Assembly (NCBI RefSeq): GCF_006345805.1
Contig: NC_042997.1
Location: forward strand, 110,298,001 to 110,362,000
Length of the DNA stretch: 64,000 nucleotides
Direction: 5' to 3'
From: Octopus sinensis
Lineage: Eukaryota
Shown here: positions 12,230-26,407 of the stretch, in pieces
How positions within the stretch are numbered: position 1 is the stretch's first letter
Layout: every line of letters begins with the position of its first letter
Notes under the pieces: model-generated
The model's database searches: none
Told to the model about the DNA's origin: nothing
What the model saw: only the letters and a program-made list of their open reading frames with translations
Program-made: the position numbers and the translations under genes

Positions 12230-12625
12230 TGCTTTTATTCTTTTATTCTTTTACTTGTTCAGTCATTTGACTGTGGTCATGCTGGAGCACCGCCTTTAGT
12301 CGAACAAATCGACCCCAGGACTTATTCTTTGTAATCCTAGTACTTATTCTATCGGCCCTTTTGCCGAACCGCTAAGTTATAGGGACGTAAACACACCAGC
12401 ATCGTTTGTCAAGCGATCTTCGGAGGTGGGGGGGGGGAAACTAGCACATACACAAACGCAAATATATATGCGACGGACGTCTTTCAGTCTCCGTCTACCA
12501 AATCCACTCACCAGGCTTTGGTTGGCCCGAGGCTATAGTAGAAGACACTTGCTCAAGGTGCCACTTAGTGGGACTGAACTCGGAACCATGTGGTTGGTAA
12601 GCAAGCTACTTACCACTCCTGCACC
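12230..12625 (-). mobile_element. SINE family C (tRNA-like head, central microsatellite, conserved tail)
   Basis: Reverse complement of GGTAAG.AGCTTGCTTACCAACCACATGGTTCCG.GTTCAGTCCCACT...GGATTTGGTAGACGG...CTTGACAA.CGATGCTGGTGTGTTTACGTCC...GCTCCAGCATG.CC.CAGTCAAATGACTGAA. Confidence 0.8.
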
Positions 12626-13134
12626 TATTTCATGCACTTATGAAATTCGTAATGTGATGAGACGTCGTTGAATGAACGCCGGAGCTGGAATTAGTTTTCT
12701 CACGGTTTTAATGATTTTGAGACTGAAATAAATATCATAAATGCTATTGCAATTTCTCGTAACTTCAAGAGTTTTTGCCTAATTAGAAAAGCAATTAACA
12801 TATGATAATTAATGAAGTACTTTTTATGCAAAATTGAAAAGTGAAATATTTGTCGATTGTTTTAATAAAGTTTCGCTTACAATACTTAAAATTCTTGTAT
12901 TTTATCAATCTAATGAAACACTCATGAAAGGAGAAAATTTGACAGCAAAGGGGCCTGTGGGTGGACTATCCCTGGCTTAGGTGACAGATATGCATTTGTT
13001 TATTGTTAACATACTTAGCACTTTGCACCAGGGAAATATCTTGTAAAGGACAATAACATATTCAATGCATTTAAATGTAGGAATATATTACAAAGCACAA
13101 GATAGAGACATCTGTTATTGAGATTCAGTCACTA

Positions 13135-13184
<50 letters not shown>

Positions 13185-13317
13185 AAGGAAAAGAGAAAAC
13201 TAGAAATAAATAAAAAGCTTATAGCTGTGATAAACTTTTCTGGTTGTTGGGATCACTGGCGACTTCCAGTATAAAATTCTGTGACTTGGTGTTTATAGGA
13301 AATAAACGTAGATTTAG

Positions 13318-13695
13318 CGTGGTTGTGTGGTAAGACGTTTACATGCCAACTACCTGGTTCCAGGTTCAGTCCCACTGCGTGGGGCCTTGAGTAAATGTCT
13401 TTTACTATAGCCTCGAGGCGATCAAATTCTTCTCTGTGGATTTGGTAAACAGAAACTGAAAGAAGCCCGTCTTATATATAGGTACATATACATGAGTGTG
13501 TGCGTCTTTGTTTATATGATTGCCCCTGCCCACGCTTGACAACCGGTATTGGTGTGTTTATGTCCCTCAAACATGGCAGTCCAACGAAAGAGACCAATAG
13601 ATTAAGTATCAGACTTTAAAAAAGTACTGGGTTCGATTCGTACGAGTAAAATTCTTCAAAGCGGTGTCCCAGCATGGATGCAGTCCAATGACCTA
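13318..13695 (+). mobile_element. SINE family C
   Basis: Same head, body and tail. Confidence 0.75.
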
Positions 13696-14261
13696 ATCAA
13701 CTGAAAGACGAACATGTAGGGAGTGATTCAGGGTCTCTTAGTTCTGAAGTAAAGGATTGTGGCGAATTTTTTATAGGGAAAGATAAAAGGTATTGAGGCA
13801 GGTATCGTTGAAAGGGAGATCGTATTTTGTTTCGTAAGAAAATCTTTTTGTGAAAGGAGGGAGGTTACAACAGTGGGTTATTGGCTGCTTGTCGTAATTA
13901 TTAAAGGTTTGTTAATAATAAACTAGGTAGTCTTTATTTGGATGTAGCTTGTTCTACAATGTTTTATGTATTGTAAAATTAAAAAAACCCAAATATATCA
14001 GTAAATACTCTGATGTGATAACATGCGTGGTTTGTAGGAGTTTGTAACGATTCAAAGATGGAGCTTATTTGGTTTACGACTGTCTTAGCGGAAGTGGAGT
14101 GCTTGGCATTTCATTTTCCCCAATGTTATTAGTGCAGGGTTGCTTCTTAAAAGGTTCTTATTTATGATATTAGAAACAAATCGAAACTCCGATCAGGAGG
14201 AGTATCAAAAGAACTTGTAGTAATTGTTGGGCAAGTGGTTGTACAAAAGCCCTGTATACTC

Positions 14262-14732
14262 TTCATGGTTACCCGTCTCATTAAGGGTATATCAGGTATA
14301 CGCATCACAACCATATGTGCGAGACATGGTGACTTCATATCAAAATAAACGGCGTATATGCTTGTAGGTGGGGTTCAGTTAGAATCTTTTTTTTCAGGTT
14401 AAGTAGCTCACCCCACTCAAAAGGTCCTTGAATATGTACTGTTTAAAGATAATACACGACACATCCATGTTTCTATGAATGAATCGTTGAATCCCCAAAG
14501 ATTACCTATAAATTACCTCTAAACACATGGCTATGATGCTCCCTCACTACTCCAGCTCGTAATCAGAGATGCACATATCGTCAGCCACTAAAGGACATGC
14601 TCAACTGGTTATGGTCAAACACCTGACAAGCAAATCTGTGGTATTCAGCAGAATATTTACTGTAGCCTGTCTTTTACACTAAGGCAAAACATGTAGATGT
14701 TAACACTTTTAATCAATTAAGATCAAAAGCCT
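14262..14732 (-). mobile_element. Older, diverged copy of the 555-bp repeat
   Basis: Shares CATCACAACCATATGTGCG.GACATGGTGA and CAGAGATGCACATATCGTCAGCCACTAA.GGACATGCTCAACTGGTTA. Confidence 0.7.
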
Positions 14733-15273
14733 AGTGTTGCAGCAGCAGCAGTGGCAGTTGTAATAATATCAGAGTTGGTAGCGACTATGGTACTTTTTTC
14801 TTTCCATAGCTACAATATTAAAACAAGCATTTCACGCAGAAAAAATCAAGTTTATTGCCGGAAGGATAAAGTATGTCTAACATTTCAGACAAGACTCTTC
14901 ATCACTAACTATACATCTGTTGTTTTGATGAAGACTTTCTGCTCCAAACCCTTTAACAGTACCCATTTCTGTATCTCTCTTCGATGAAGAGGTTTTGCTC
15001 AAAATGTTAAGCTTGTTTTTTTTTCTAATTTACTACCCTATTTCAATTTCCTAAGATCACTTTTTCCTAAATTCAATCTATTACTAGTTCCCTCGTTTTC
15101 TCCTGTTTTAGTGCAGGTGGGTTCTAACCGAAATGGTTGTGGTAAGAAATCCGTTGTAGGTTATTATAATGAAATAATTAATTAAACCCATTCATTTATT
15201 TAGTTCTTAATTGGTCTCAATGGCACGTTCGTTTCTACTCCAAACTGGAGATCTTTCAATTTTTCTTCAATTC

Positions 15274-15328
<55 letters not shown>

Positions 15329-15924
15329 TCCCCATCTCTCTCCTCACTCTCTCTCTCCCCCCAATACAAATTGTAACCTATTCTAATTACTTTATACCCA
15401 GAATAAATAATTTGGCAACCTGATTTTAATAAACAAATTTTGAAAATAGGAAAATATAATAAAATGAAATACAAATAAAAATAAGCATTTCATAATAATT
15501 GTTATAACTGGCAAAAGTATTTGCCAAAGAGCACCAGGACACGAATTCATTCTGTCTTAATGTAAACACTCACTCACACACACACACACGCAAGGAACGT
15601 CTATTCGAATAATTTCATATATATATATATATATATATATTATATTATATATATTTGGATGTATATATGTATGTATGTATTTATATATATATACTAGTTG
15701 TTTCTTTTACTACACAAAATAATCATTTAATTACTGTGATTAATTAATTAATTCTGCTACCCCCATATATTCTATTCAGTAAAACAAGCAACACTATATA
15801 ATGCATAAAAGAAATAAATCTATACAACATAATGCAAAATGCAATATGGCAGCTATTAAAGCATATTTCTGTTTTCTCACACCTCATCTGCCTCTCTTTC
15901 ACCTTTCACTCTCCTCTTATTTAT

Positions 15925-15956
15925 TATCATTATTATTATTATTGTTGTTGTTGTTG

Positions 15957-15993
<37 letters not shown>

Positions 15994-16036
15994 CATTATT
16001 ATTATTATTATTATTATTATTTTATTATTATTATTA

Positions 16037-16071
<35 letters not shown>

Positions 16072-16100
16072 AAGAAAGAATTATTAGCATTATTGTTGTT
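15925..16100. repeat. (TAT)n/(TGT)n compound microsatellite
   Basis: Direct reading. Confidence 0.95.
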
Positions 16101-17023
16101 GTTGTTGTCTTAATATTTTCCAAGAAGCCATTATGTTTTAAATATAATAAAGTATAGCAATTATATTTTTATTTATTTAAGTATATTTCTTTTAAATTTT
16201 CTAATTTACTTTATTTTATTTTTTTGTCCTCTCCATTCGGATTTTCATTTCTTTTTTCTCTGTGTACCAATTCTGCCTTACCCATTCTCTTTTGTCCTTA
16301 TTCCACCCCTATCTTCCATTTCTTTCTTTCGTCCTTACCATTCTGTTTCTACCATTTTTTTACCATGTTTTTTCGTGTCTGTTTACTTTTTCAGTTGACA
16401 TTTTCATAAAAGGCAAAGCGCAGAACAACTATTCCTATTCTTCTCAAGTATGCTGACTGGTTTGTTTAAAATGCTGTGATCCAATATTCAGCCTATCACA
16501 TCCACGATGCATAGAAATTATACAACCCATGACACTGCAGTTCAAACATGTCCTTCCGTTAATTTATTCACCATTCCGCTCCACAATTCACCTGTCAACC
16601 CTACCCCTACCTAATCACATGCCCATCCGACCATTCTTTAATCATCCACACATGAAAACAATCAAATAGATCTGTCTGTCAACGCATGACTAATCTTCCA
16701 TCATATTTACATCGTTCTGTCTTCTGCCTCATTCTCTCTTCTCATTCATACGGTCATTCGCTTATCTATTTGTCTCGTCAATCGATCTGTTAATCTACCC
16801 AAATAACAGTCGATCTGTCCATCTCTTCGCTGCTTCTCCGATTGTTTATTCCAGCTGCCATAAAAACCAGTCTTACATAATTTTTTCCCATTATTACTTC
16901 AAAAAAATAATACAAATACAGCCAAAGGTTTACTCTTCCTTCACAAGAACTTCTACACTTTATCCTTTTAACTACCCGTCTATATTTCTGAATACCCTGT
17001 ACTTCTATCTATCTATCTATCTA

Positions 17024-18123
<1,100 letters not shown>

Positions 18124-18152
18124 ATATCTATCTGTCTGTCTCTCTCTCTCAC

Positions 18153-18214
<62 letters not shown>

Positions 18215-18215
18215 C

Positions 18216-18271
<56 letters not shown>

Positions 18272-18574
18272 GACTATCTGTATCTACCTGTCTGAACATA
18301 CACACACAGACGCATACACATACACATCCACATCACACACACACACACACACACATATGCACGCACGCACACACACATACACACACACACTAGCGAGAAA
18401 TATGCGAACACAGAAGTGATAGCCTTCTAAATTAAACCTGAAAAAGTCCAGAACCAGAAAAAGTTGAAATTTAGAAACATCGCAATTGAAGTTGGAATCG
18501 AAATAGAAAACATTGGTTTGCATTAAAATGTAAATGCATTCCTCGGTTTTTAGAGCCTAATTTTTTCTATTCTT

Positions 18575-18935
18575 TTATTCTTTTACTTGCTTCAGTCATT
18601 TGATTGCGGCTATGCTGGAGCATCTCCTTTAGTCGAACAAATCGTCCCGAGGACTTATTCTTTGTGAGCCTAGTACTTAGTCTATCGGTTCTTTTGCAGA
18701 ACTGCTAAGTTACGGGTACGTAAACACACCAGCATCGGTTGTCAAGCGATGGTGCGAGTGACAAACACAGAGACACAAACATATATACACACACACACAT
18801 ATGTATATGTGTTTCCGTCTTCCAAATCCACTCACAAGGCTTTGGTCGGCCCGAGGCTATAGTAGAAGACACTTGCCCAAAGTGCCACGCAGTGGGACTG
18901 AACTCGGAACCATGTGGTTGGTAAGCAAGCTACTT
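18575..18935 (-). mobile_element. SINE family C
   Basis: Same head, body and tail. Confidence 0.8.
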
Positions 18936-19457
18936 TCTACACGGAAAATTTTTATATAAAACACAAAATAAGGTATTTTAGTCGGTGGATAAGGGTTCAG
19001 AAATCAAGTAAGATGGAAATGGTTTTCAAAATTTTATAATGTTCCTTTCCTCTCGTGCATTGCTCACTCACAGAAATATGATCTGATTTACAGGGATGAT
19101 GACTTCGAAGAAGCTGAAGTCAAATAGGCAGAAATAGTATAAGAGATAAATGGTGTTTTGCTTCTAGTGGCGGCGTCAACTTGCCTAAAACAAGAAAATT
19201 TATCCCTACTAGAGACAAAGGGTTCACAATTTGAAGCCATGAAGATCTGGAAATCCCTAACTCTTGGGATTTTGAAATCTCCGCTGTATTTCATATTTTC
19301 TGATGTCAAAACTATACTTCTGAAGTGAACCACCATACGACGGATAATTCATTAGTCGAATAGCAATGGTCCCTTCCGTTTTATGCCTACCATGTCATGC
19401 CATTGCATTTGTTTATGCGTATACTTGTGTGTTTCTACTAGCACAATTGGATAGTTC

Positions 19458-19769
19458 TATACGCCGGAAGTTAAATCAAAATATGCATACACATATATAT
19501 GTAAATAATTTTGCATGACTTCGGGCCGCCAGTTATATACGCCGGAAGTTTAATTCAAATATGCATACATATATATACCTATATGTAAATAATTTTGCAC
19601 GACTTCGGGCCACCAGTTATATACGTTTAATTCAAATATATATACACATATATATGTTAATAATTTTGTACGACTTCGGGCCACCAGTTATATACGCCGG
19701 AAGCTTAATTCAAATATGCATACACATATATATGTGAATAATTTTGAATGATTTCGGGCCACCAGTTAC
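19458..19769. repeat. Minisatellite, 4 copies of about 72-84 bp
   Basis: Unit TATACGCCGGAAGTT.AAT.CAAATATGCATACACATATATATGTAAATAATTTTGCA.GACTTCGGGCC.CCAGT. Confidence 0.9.
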
Positions 19770-20527
19770 ATTCATACTTTATATTTTTCTCGCACCATTC
19801 ATCTTTATAACATTGTAATTACATTAGATTGCCATATGTGATACAATTATTATTTGATACATAACGATATATAATACATCAGATAATCTAACATATTACA
19901 TTATACTATATTAGTCTATAATATATTGTATTGTACACACGTTATTACAATTGATTACATTTGTATAATTTCCATTGAAATCGTTTATTTTATTCTTAGA
20001 CAAAAGTAGACTTCACACTTAATGTTTACATGCAACAATAAATCACAACCCTCGAACAAAATTTTATGTGGTTAATTTTACAAGACCACCTTTAAATCCT
20101 GAATTTGTAAACCCACGCATCTACTTAGGCAGACCTATCTAACCGTTAAGAACTTTTCCCATTAACATTAATATGGAAGTTAATTACAATTATCAATTTA
20201 TCCCAAATCCACCAATTCAGAACTAGCATAAACTAGATGATTAGGTACCAACACATGAATAACTTTCACTTAAATTTAGATTACAAGAAAATTTATTATA
20301 TGAATTGTTAAAGGAGGCTCGACCAGCACAAATAAATTTAATAGAATTTCCTATAAAACTTAACAATTACCATATTATGCCTCTCGCTGCTTTTCCGTCC
20401 AGCCACCTGCTACAAACCATTTCAACCGCAATCCTTATTAGAGATGGGGATAATTCCACTTAAAAATTATTTAAAAAAATTAACCTAACGACCATGATCT
20501 TAACGTCTTCATCGACACAACTCAAAC

Positions 20528-20941
20528 CTGGTTGTGTGGTAAGATGCTTGTTTTTCAATCTAATGGCTCCTGTTTCAGTTCCAGTGTGGCGCTTTGGACC
20601 AATATCTTCCATTATAGCTTCGGGTCGATCAAAGCCTTGTAAGTGGATTTGGTAGACGGAAACTGAAAGACGTCCGTCGTATGTATGTATGTATGTATGT
20701 ATGTATGTATGTATGTATGTATGTATGTATGTATGTATGTATGTATGTATGTATGTATGTATGTATGTATGTATGTATGTATGTATGTATGTATGTATGT
20801 ATGTATGTATGTATGTATGTATGTATGTATGTATGTATGTATGTATGTATGTATGTATGTATGTATGTATGTATGTATGTATGTATGTACGTACGTACGT
20901 ACGTACGTACGTACGTACGTATGTATGTATGTATGTATGTA

Positions 20942-20974
<33 letters not shown>

Positions 20975-21287
20975 ATGTATCAGTACATCTCTTGTACCGA
21001 TAAAAATTTGCTAAAAAATAATGGTTTATCCTTTATGTTGGAAATCTATATGGCCGTCTGCTACCGAGGAGAGGAGTTTATTTCAAACTGATGTAATGTT
21101 TTCATTGATCGATTAAATGGAGCCGCTTGAAACGGCCGTAATGCACTAATATATGGATAGCTTTGTTACTTATTTGCCTTTTATTCACCTTGGAGCTGTG
21201 CGAACTATACCGAACTGGCTTGGAACCTCAACTTAAGTACCTAATTCAACTGAATCTTAATTATTTCTATATGTATATGAATATATA

Positions 21288-21331
<44 letters not shown>

Positions 21332-21530
21332 AAGTGTGTGTGTGTGTGTTGTGTGTGTGTGTGTCTCATCACTGCCTAATAACTGGTGTTGGTGTATTTA
21401 CGTTCCCGTAACTTAGCAGTTTGGCAAATAAGCCCGATAGAATAAGTACTAGCTTTACAATAAAAATATGTCAGCAAAAATACTCCAAGGCGGTGCCCAA
21501 GCATGGCCGCCGTTTAATGACTGAAACAAA
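20528..21530 (+). mobile_element. SINE family C split by a long (TATG)n expansion and extra sequence (head 20528-20680, tail about 21360-21530)
   Basis: The head ends GGAAACTGAAAGACGTCCGTCG and runs into (TATG)n; the tail resumes at AACTGGTGTTGGTGTATTTACGTTCC. Confidence 0.7.
20681..20980. repeat. Long (TATG)n with a (TACG)n block
   Basis: Direct reading. Confidence 0.95.
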
Positions 21531-21748
21531 AGACAACTATTTGAATGCATTCATTCTATACTAAATACACCATCGCCAACATTTTTGGTGGTGTTATTTC
21601 CCGCCGTCTTTATTCCTACAATTTCTTCCTCTCCACTCTTTTTCTCACTTTTATATTCTACTTCCTCTTCTCTCTTGTTTTCGTCAATCCTCTTTCTCGA
21701 CCTACGTTGCATGTCTATACTTGAAAATTATTTAGCGACAGAAGCAGT

Positions 21749-21982
21749 ATTTATTTCTTTATTGCCCACAGGGGGCTTAACATGGAGGTGACAAACAAGG
21801 ACAGAGAAACGAATTAAGACGATTATATCGACCCCAGTGCGAAACTGGTACTTATTTAATCGACCCCGAAAGGATGAAAGGCAAAGTCGACATCGGCGGA
21901 ATTTGAACTCAGAACGTAGCGGCAGACAAAATACCGCTAAGCATTTCGCCCGGCGTGCTAACGTTTCTGGGAGCTCTCCGCC
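21749..21982 (-). mobile_element. SINE family B, full length
   Basis: Reverse complement of the family B head, core and tail. Confidence 0.85.
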
Positions 21983-22126
21983 CTCAAAAGCACCATTGAA
22001 ACCAAAAGGTAGTATTTATCTTCCGCTTGTGATATTTACTATGAGAGAACGACTCATATGGACTTGTGACGCTTAAAAGCATTTGTGTTTATATCGCTGA
22101 TGGGCAACAACCGTCCGTTACGGCTG

Positions 22127-22465
22127 CCGGAAGTGGCAGATCATGTGATTTCGGCCTTCCTTTAGCCTGATGTCTGCTATTGACAAGCCTCACGGAGGGC
22201 GAAATCACATGATCTGGTTGTGCCGATGGCAGTAGCAGATAGTTCTCGGCTGCTAGCGATATGAACACAAGTGCTTATATGTACTATAAATCCACATGAG
22301 AAGTCCTCTCGTAGGAAATAATGCAGTATTCTGTGTTCCAAGACAACATCCACTTCTAAGTAGGGATGCATAATGCCTTTTCTAAACTTGAGTTTCAGAT
22401 TATTTTCATCACCTTCCATCCCTCTTGCTGCTGCTGCTGCCGCGCAAAGTACTTCGCGCATGCGC
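22127..22465. promoter_or_regulatory. Promoter-like motif cluster: ETS (CCGGAAGTG), two inverted M-boxes (TCATGTGA), NRF1 (GCGCATGCGC)
   Basis: Motifs at 22127-22135, 22141-22148, 22205-22212 and 22456-22465 in a relatively CpG-rich unique island. Confidence 0.4.
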
Positions 22466-22639
22466 TATGTTTCAAACCACGTACGCTCTTTCATAAGCAA
22501 AACATTGAAGTTTTTAAATAGATATTTCTGATTAAGCATTTTTTTTCACATTTATGTGTATATTGAGTTCTATCTTTTATCAAATGGCTCCTGTTTTTCG
22601 TCTGTCTCTCTCTCCGTCCGTCCGCACGTCCGTCTGTCT

Positions 22640-22654
22640 GCCTGTCTGTCTGTT

Positions 22655-22696
<42 letters not shown>

Positions 22697-22716
22697 CTTC
22701 TTTCTTTCTTTCTTTG

Positions 22717-22754
<38 letters not shown>

Positions 22755-22774
22755 TCCCTATCTATCTATATATA

Positions 22775-22831
<57 letters not shown>

Positions 22832-22859
22832 CTGTCTCTCTGTCTCTCTGTCTGTCTGT

Positions 22860-22893
<34 letters not shown>

Positions 22894-23100
22894 CAATCTG
22901 TCTATCTATGTTTGTCTGTCTGTTTCTCCGTCCGTCTGTCTGTCTGTCTGTCTCTATCGATCTATGTTTCTCTCTGCATGTCTGTCTGTCTGTCTCTATA
23001 TCTGTATATCTATCTTCCCTTCTTTGTTTGTTCCTATCTTTCTCCCCCCCTCTCTCTATCTATTTATCTATCTACTCAGTCAGTCATCCATCCAACTATC
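22640..23100. repeat. (TATC)/(TC)/(TGTC) compound microsatellite
   Basis: Direct reading. Confidence 0.95.
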
Positions 23101-23525
23101 CACACTTTCCGGCAACTCTCTACCCACCACACCGCGCGCCTTTAATGACCCTCCATTACAACTTCAATCCGATCAGCCTTCATTTCGTATAACAATTAAC
23201 ATTATTCAACACGGAGTTTAGTTTTCAAGCATTCATAACTCACCGTTAGTCGTAAACAACAAACAACCCTACTCTCACCCATACACGCACACGCATGCGC
23301 ACATACGCGCTCACAGACATGCGCATAAATGCACATAATTATGAATACATCCACAACTATACACACACAGTTAGACACACAAAACGGACACATATTCCAT
23401 CGTGCAATTTCACACATGTACAGCAGCTCGCTCGTACTTTAACACAGACAAACGTATGTATGTATGTATATATACACACAGACAAGCACACATATATAAA
23501 CAAATATATGTATATAGATATATAC

Positions 23526-23589
<64 letters not shown>

Positions 23590-23832
23590 ACAAAAATATA
23601 TATACATATATATGTATATATGTATACACATATGTATGTATATATGCACACGCGTATATATATGTATATCAGTGTGTGTGTATAGCAAGTGGGGGAAAGG
23701 GGGTGTTGTCTCCATCAATAGTCTAATTATGTAATACAATCACACAATTATTTAATACCAGCGCATAATTATAGGAATGCAGATCATCTGCTCCCATGGT
23801 CATAAATGTCCATGAATAGGGGGAGAGAAGGT

Positions 23833-23868
<36 letters not shown>

Positions 23869-24589
23869 AAGGGCGTCTGTGTGTGTATGTTAGTAAGAGG
23901 GAGTGGGGCGAAGGAGTGTGATAGGAAAAAGCAAGAAAGACAGAGAGGGAGGAAGAGAGAAGGGGGGACGCAAGAGTGTCCTTATGTGTGTGAGAGAGAG
24001 AATGATTGAGAGAGGATGAGTGAGAGAAGAAGAATGAGAGAGAGAGAGAGAGAGAGAGTATAGTTTAGAGGGTCAAAAGGGTAGAACATGAAAAGAGAAA
24101 GAGGGAACAAATTGAAAGAGAGAATGTGTGTGTGTGTGTGTGCGGCTGGGTATGGGGGCTAAAATAAATTCGCAGAGTCATTAGGACATCGCATGGAACA
24201 TGTTGCTGCTCCGGTTCTCTGTGGTCTGAGTTCAAACCTTCCTGCTGTCTCTCTGCTTTCATCTTTTCGGGTTCAGTAAAGCAGCAATACAATACTGAGA
24301 TCGAATCTAATCGGTCTGTCTGTCTGTCTCTGTTTCCCCCTCTCTCTCTTCTCTCTCTCTCTCTCTCTCTCTTTCTTCTCTCTCTCTCTCTTCTTCTTCT
24401 CTGTCTCTCACACTCTGTTCCTCTCAGACTAGAAACGGATGAGCCGTGCTAGAATTTAGATGGCGACCAGGATACACCCTCGTGTCAGGACGACAGCAAT
24501 AGAAAGGGTGCAGAGCAGAAGAATAAAACTTGAGAGAGAGAAAGAACGAGGAGGGGGGTGCACAAACAGACAGATGACTACTACTACTG

Positions 24590-24634
<45 letters not shown>

Positions 24635-24729
24635 TTGCTGCTGCTGCTGCTGCTGCTGCTGCTACTACTACTATAACTACTAGAGAGGAGAGACAGAGAA
24701 GGAGAAAAAGAAAGAGGCATAGTGAGAGA

Positions 24730-25000
24730 TGGAGGCGATTAGAGGTACATCAGATTGAATATAGGGAGTGGCGAACAAAAGTGGGAGAGTAGATACGAGT
24801 GGTTGCTTAGAATAAGTCTAGATGTCAATAGGATGTAGTTCAAGGAAGAGAGGGAGACAACCGATGGCGTGTAAGTGGTGGTCAATGTAAAAGAAAGTGG
24901 AGAAGGACGATACTGAAAATGTCGAAGGGAGGTAATTCCAAGTAGAGCTTTATAAACCAGAACCACAATTCTGGTTTAGGTTCATTAATCCCCAGTAGCT
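24730..25000 (-). mobile_element. Possible decayed L2/CR1 LINE C-terminal fragment
   Basis: Translates VLVYKALLGIT, resembling the L2 ORF2 C-terminal LLVYKAL.GLAP motif; nothing else is recognisable. Confidence 0.3.
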
Positions 25001-25069
25001 AAGCCTGAAGACACCCAGTAAGGTAGAAACACCGGTATCTCAAAGTCTCCCAGAGTCTCCAACTCGAGT

Positions 25070-25168
25070 ATGATGGGAATGCAAATCTTCTGATGAGGGA
25101 AATTGTTCTTCAAATGCAACACCGATTACCCTATTCACCTTCGAATCTGCCGGAAAGTGTTAAGATTG

Positions 25169-25217
<49 letters not shown>

Positions 25218-25236
25218 TATATATATGTGTGTGTGT

Positions 25237-25305
<69 letters not shown>

Positions 25306-25406
25306 TCAATCTTAACACTTTCCGCCAGATTTGAAGGTGAATAGAGTAATCGGTGTTACATTTCGCCTTTGAAGAACAATTTCTCTCATCAGATAATTTG
25401 CATTCG

Positions 25407-25412
<6 letters not shown>
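25070..25412. repeat. Inverted repeat of about 100 bp enclosing a (TA)/(TG) microsatellite
   Basis: Arms at 25070-25170 and 25305-25412 are reverse-complementary. Confidence 0.8.
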
Positions 25413-25442
<30 letters not shown>

Positions 25443-25445
<3 letters not shown>

Positions 25446-25859
25446 CGCAGGAGTGGTTATGTGTTAATAGTCTTGCTTCCCAACCACATGGTTCTGGGTT
25501 CAGTCCCACTGCGTGGCACCTTGGACAAATATCTTCAATTGTAACCTTGGGCCGGTCAAAGCCTTGTGAGTGGATTTGGAAGACGGAAAAGGAAAGAAGC
25601 CCGTCGTGGCACTTTATTTCACGTTGCTCCAGTTCACTCAGCTGTAGAAATGAGTTGCGACGTCACTGGTGCCAAGCTGTATCGACCTTTGTCTTTCCCT
25701 TGGATAACACTGGTGGCGTGGAGAGGGGAGGCTGGTATGCATGGGCGACTGCTGGTCTTCCATAAACAACCGTGCCCGGACTTGTGTCTAGAAGGGTAAC
25801 TTTCTAGGTGCAATCCCATGGTCATTCATGACCGAAGGGGGTCCACTAACACTAACATG

Positions 25860-25894
<35 letters not shown>

Positions 25895-26373
25895 CTGAGA
25901 CTCCCCTTCGGTCACGACACAGACCATGGGATTGCACAAGGTTTTTTATGGAAGACCAACAGTCGATCATGCATAGGCAAAGGGGCCGATATAGCTTGGC
26001 ACTTGTGATGTCGCAACTCATTTCTACAGCTGAGTGAACTGGGGCAACGTGAAATAAAGTGTTTTGCTGAAGAACACAACACGCAGCCCAGTCCGCGATT
26101 CGCGCTCACAACCTCGGCGCTCTAACCACTGAGCCATACCCCTTCACACACACACACATGTATATGTTTGTGTTTCTGTGTTTGCCACCCCACTACCGTT
26201 GCTTGACAACCGATGTTAGTGTGTTTATGTCCTGCATAGCCTAGCGTTTCGGCAAAAGCGACCGACAGAATAAGTACAAAGGCTTACAAAGAATAAGTCC
26301 TCAGGTCGATTTGCTCGATTAAAGACGGTGCTCCAGTATGGCCGCAGTCAAATGACTGAAACAAGTAAAAGAA

Positions 26374-26375
<2 letters not shown>
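25443..26375 (+). mobile_element. SINE family C interrupted by two tail-to-tail copies of SINE family D (25607-25845 +, 25897-26152 -)
   Basis: Family C head at 25443-25606 and tail at about 26160-26375. The internal segments are mutually reverse-complementary (TTTCACGTTGC.CCAGTTCACTCAGCTGTAGAAATGAGTTGCGAC). Confidence 0.8.

Positions 26376-26407
<32 letters not shown>

Noticed and set aside
19458-19769. CRISPR-like repeat-spacer array
   Set aside because: The units are tandem with no unique spacers and the context is eukaryotic.
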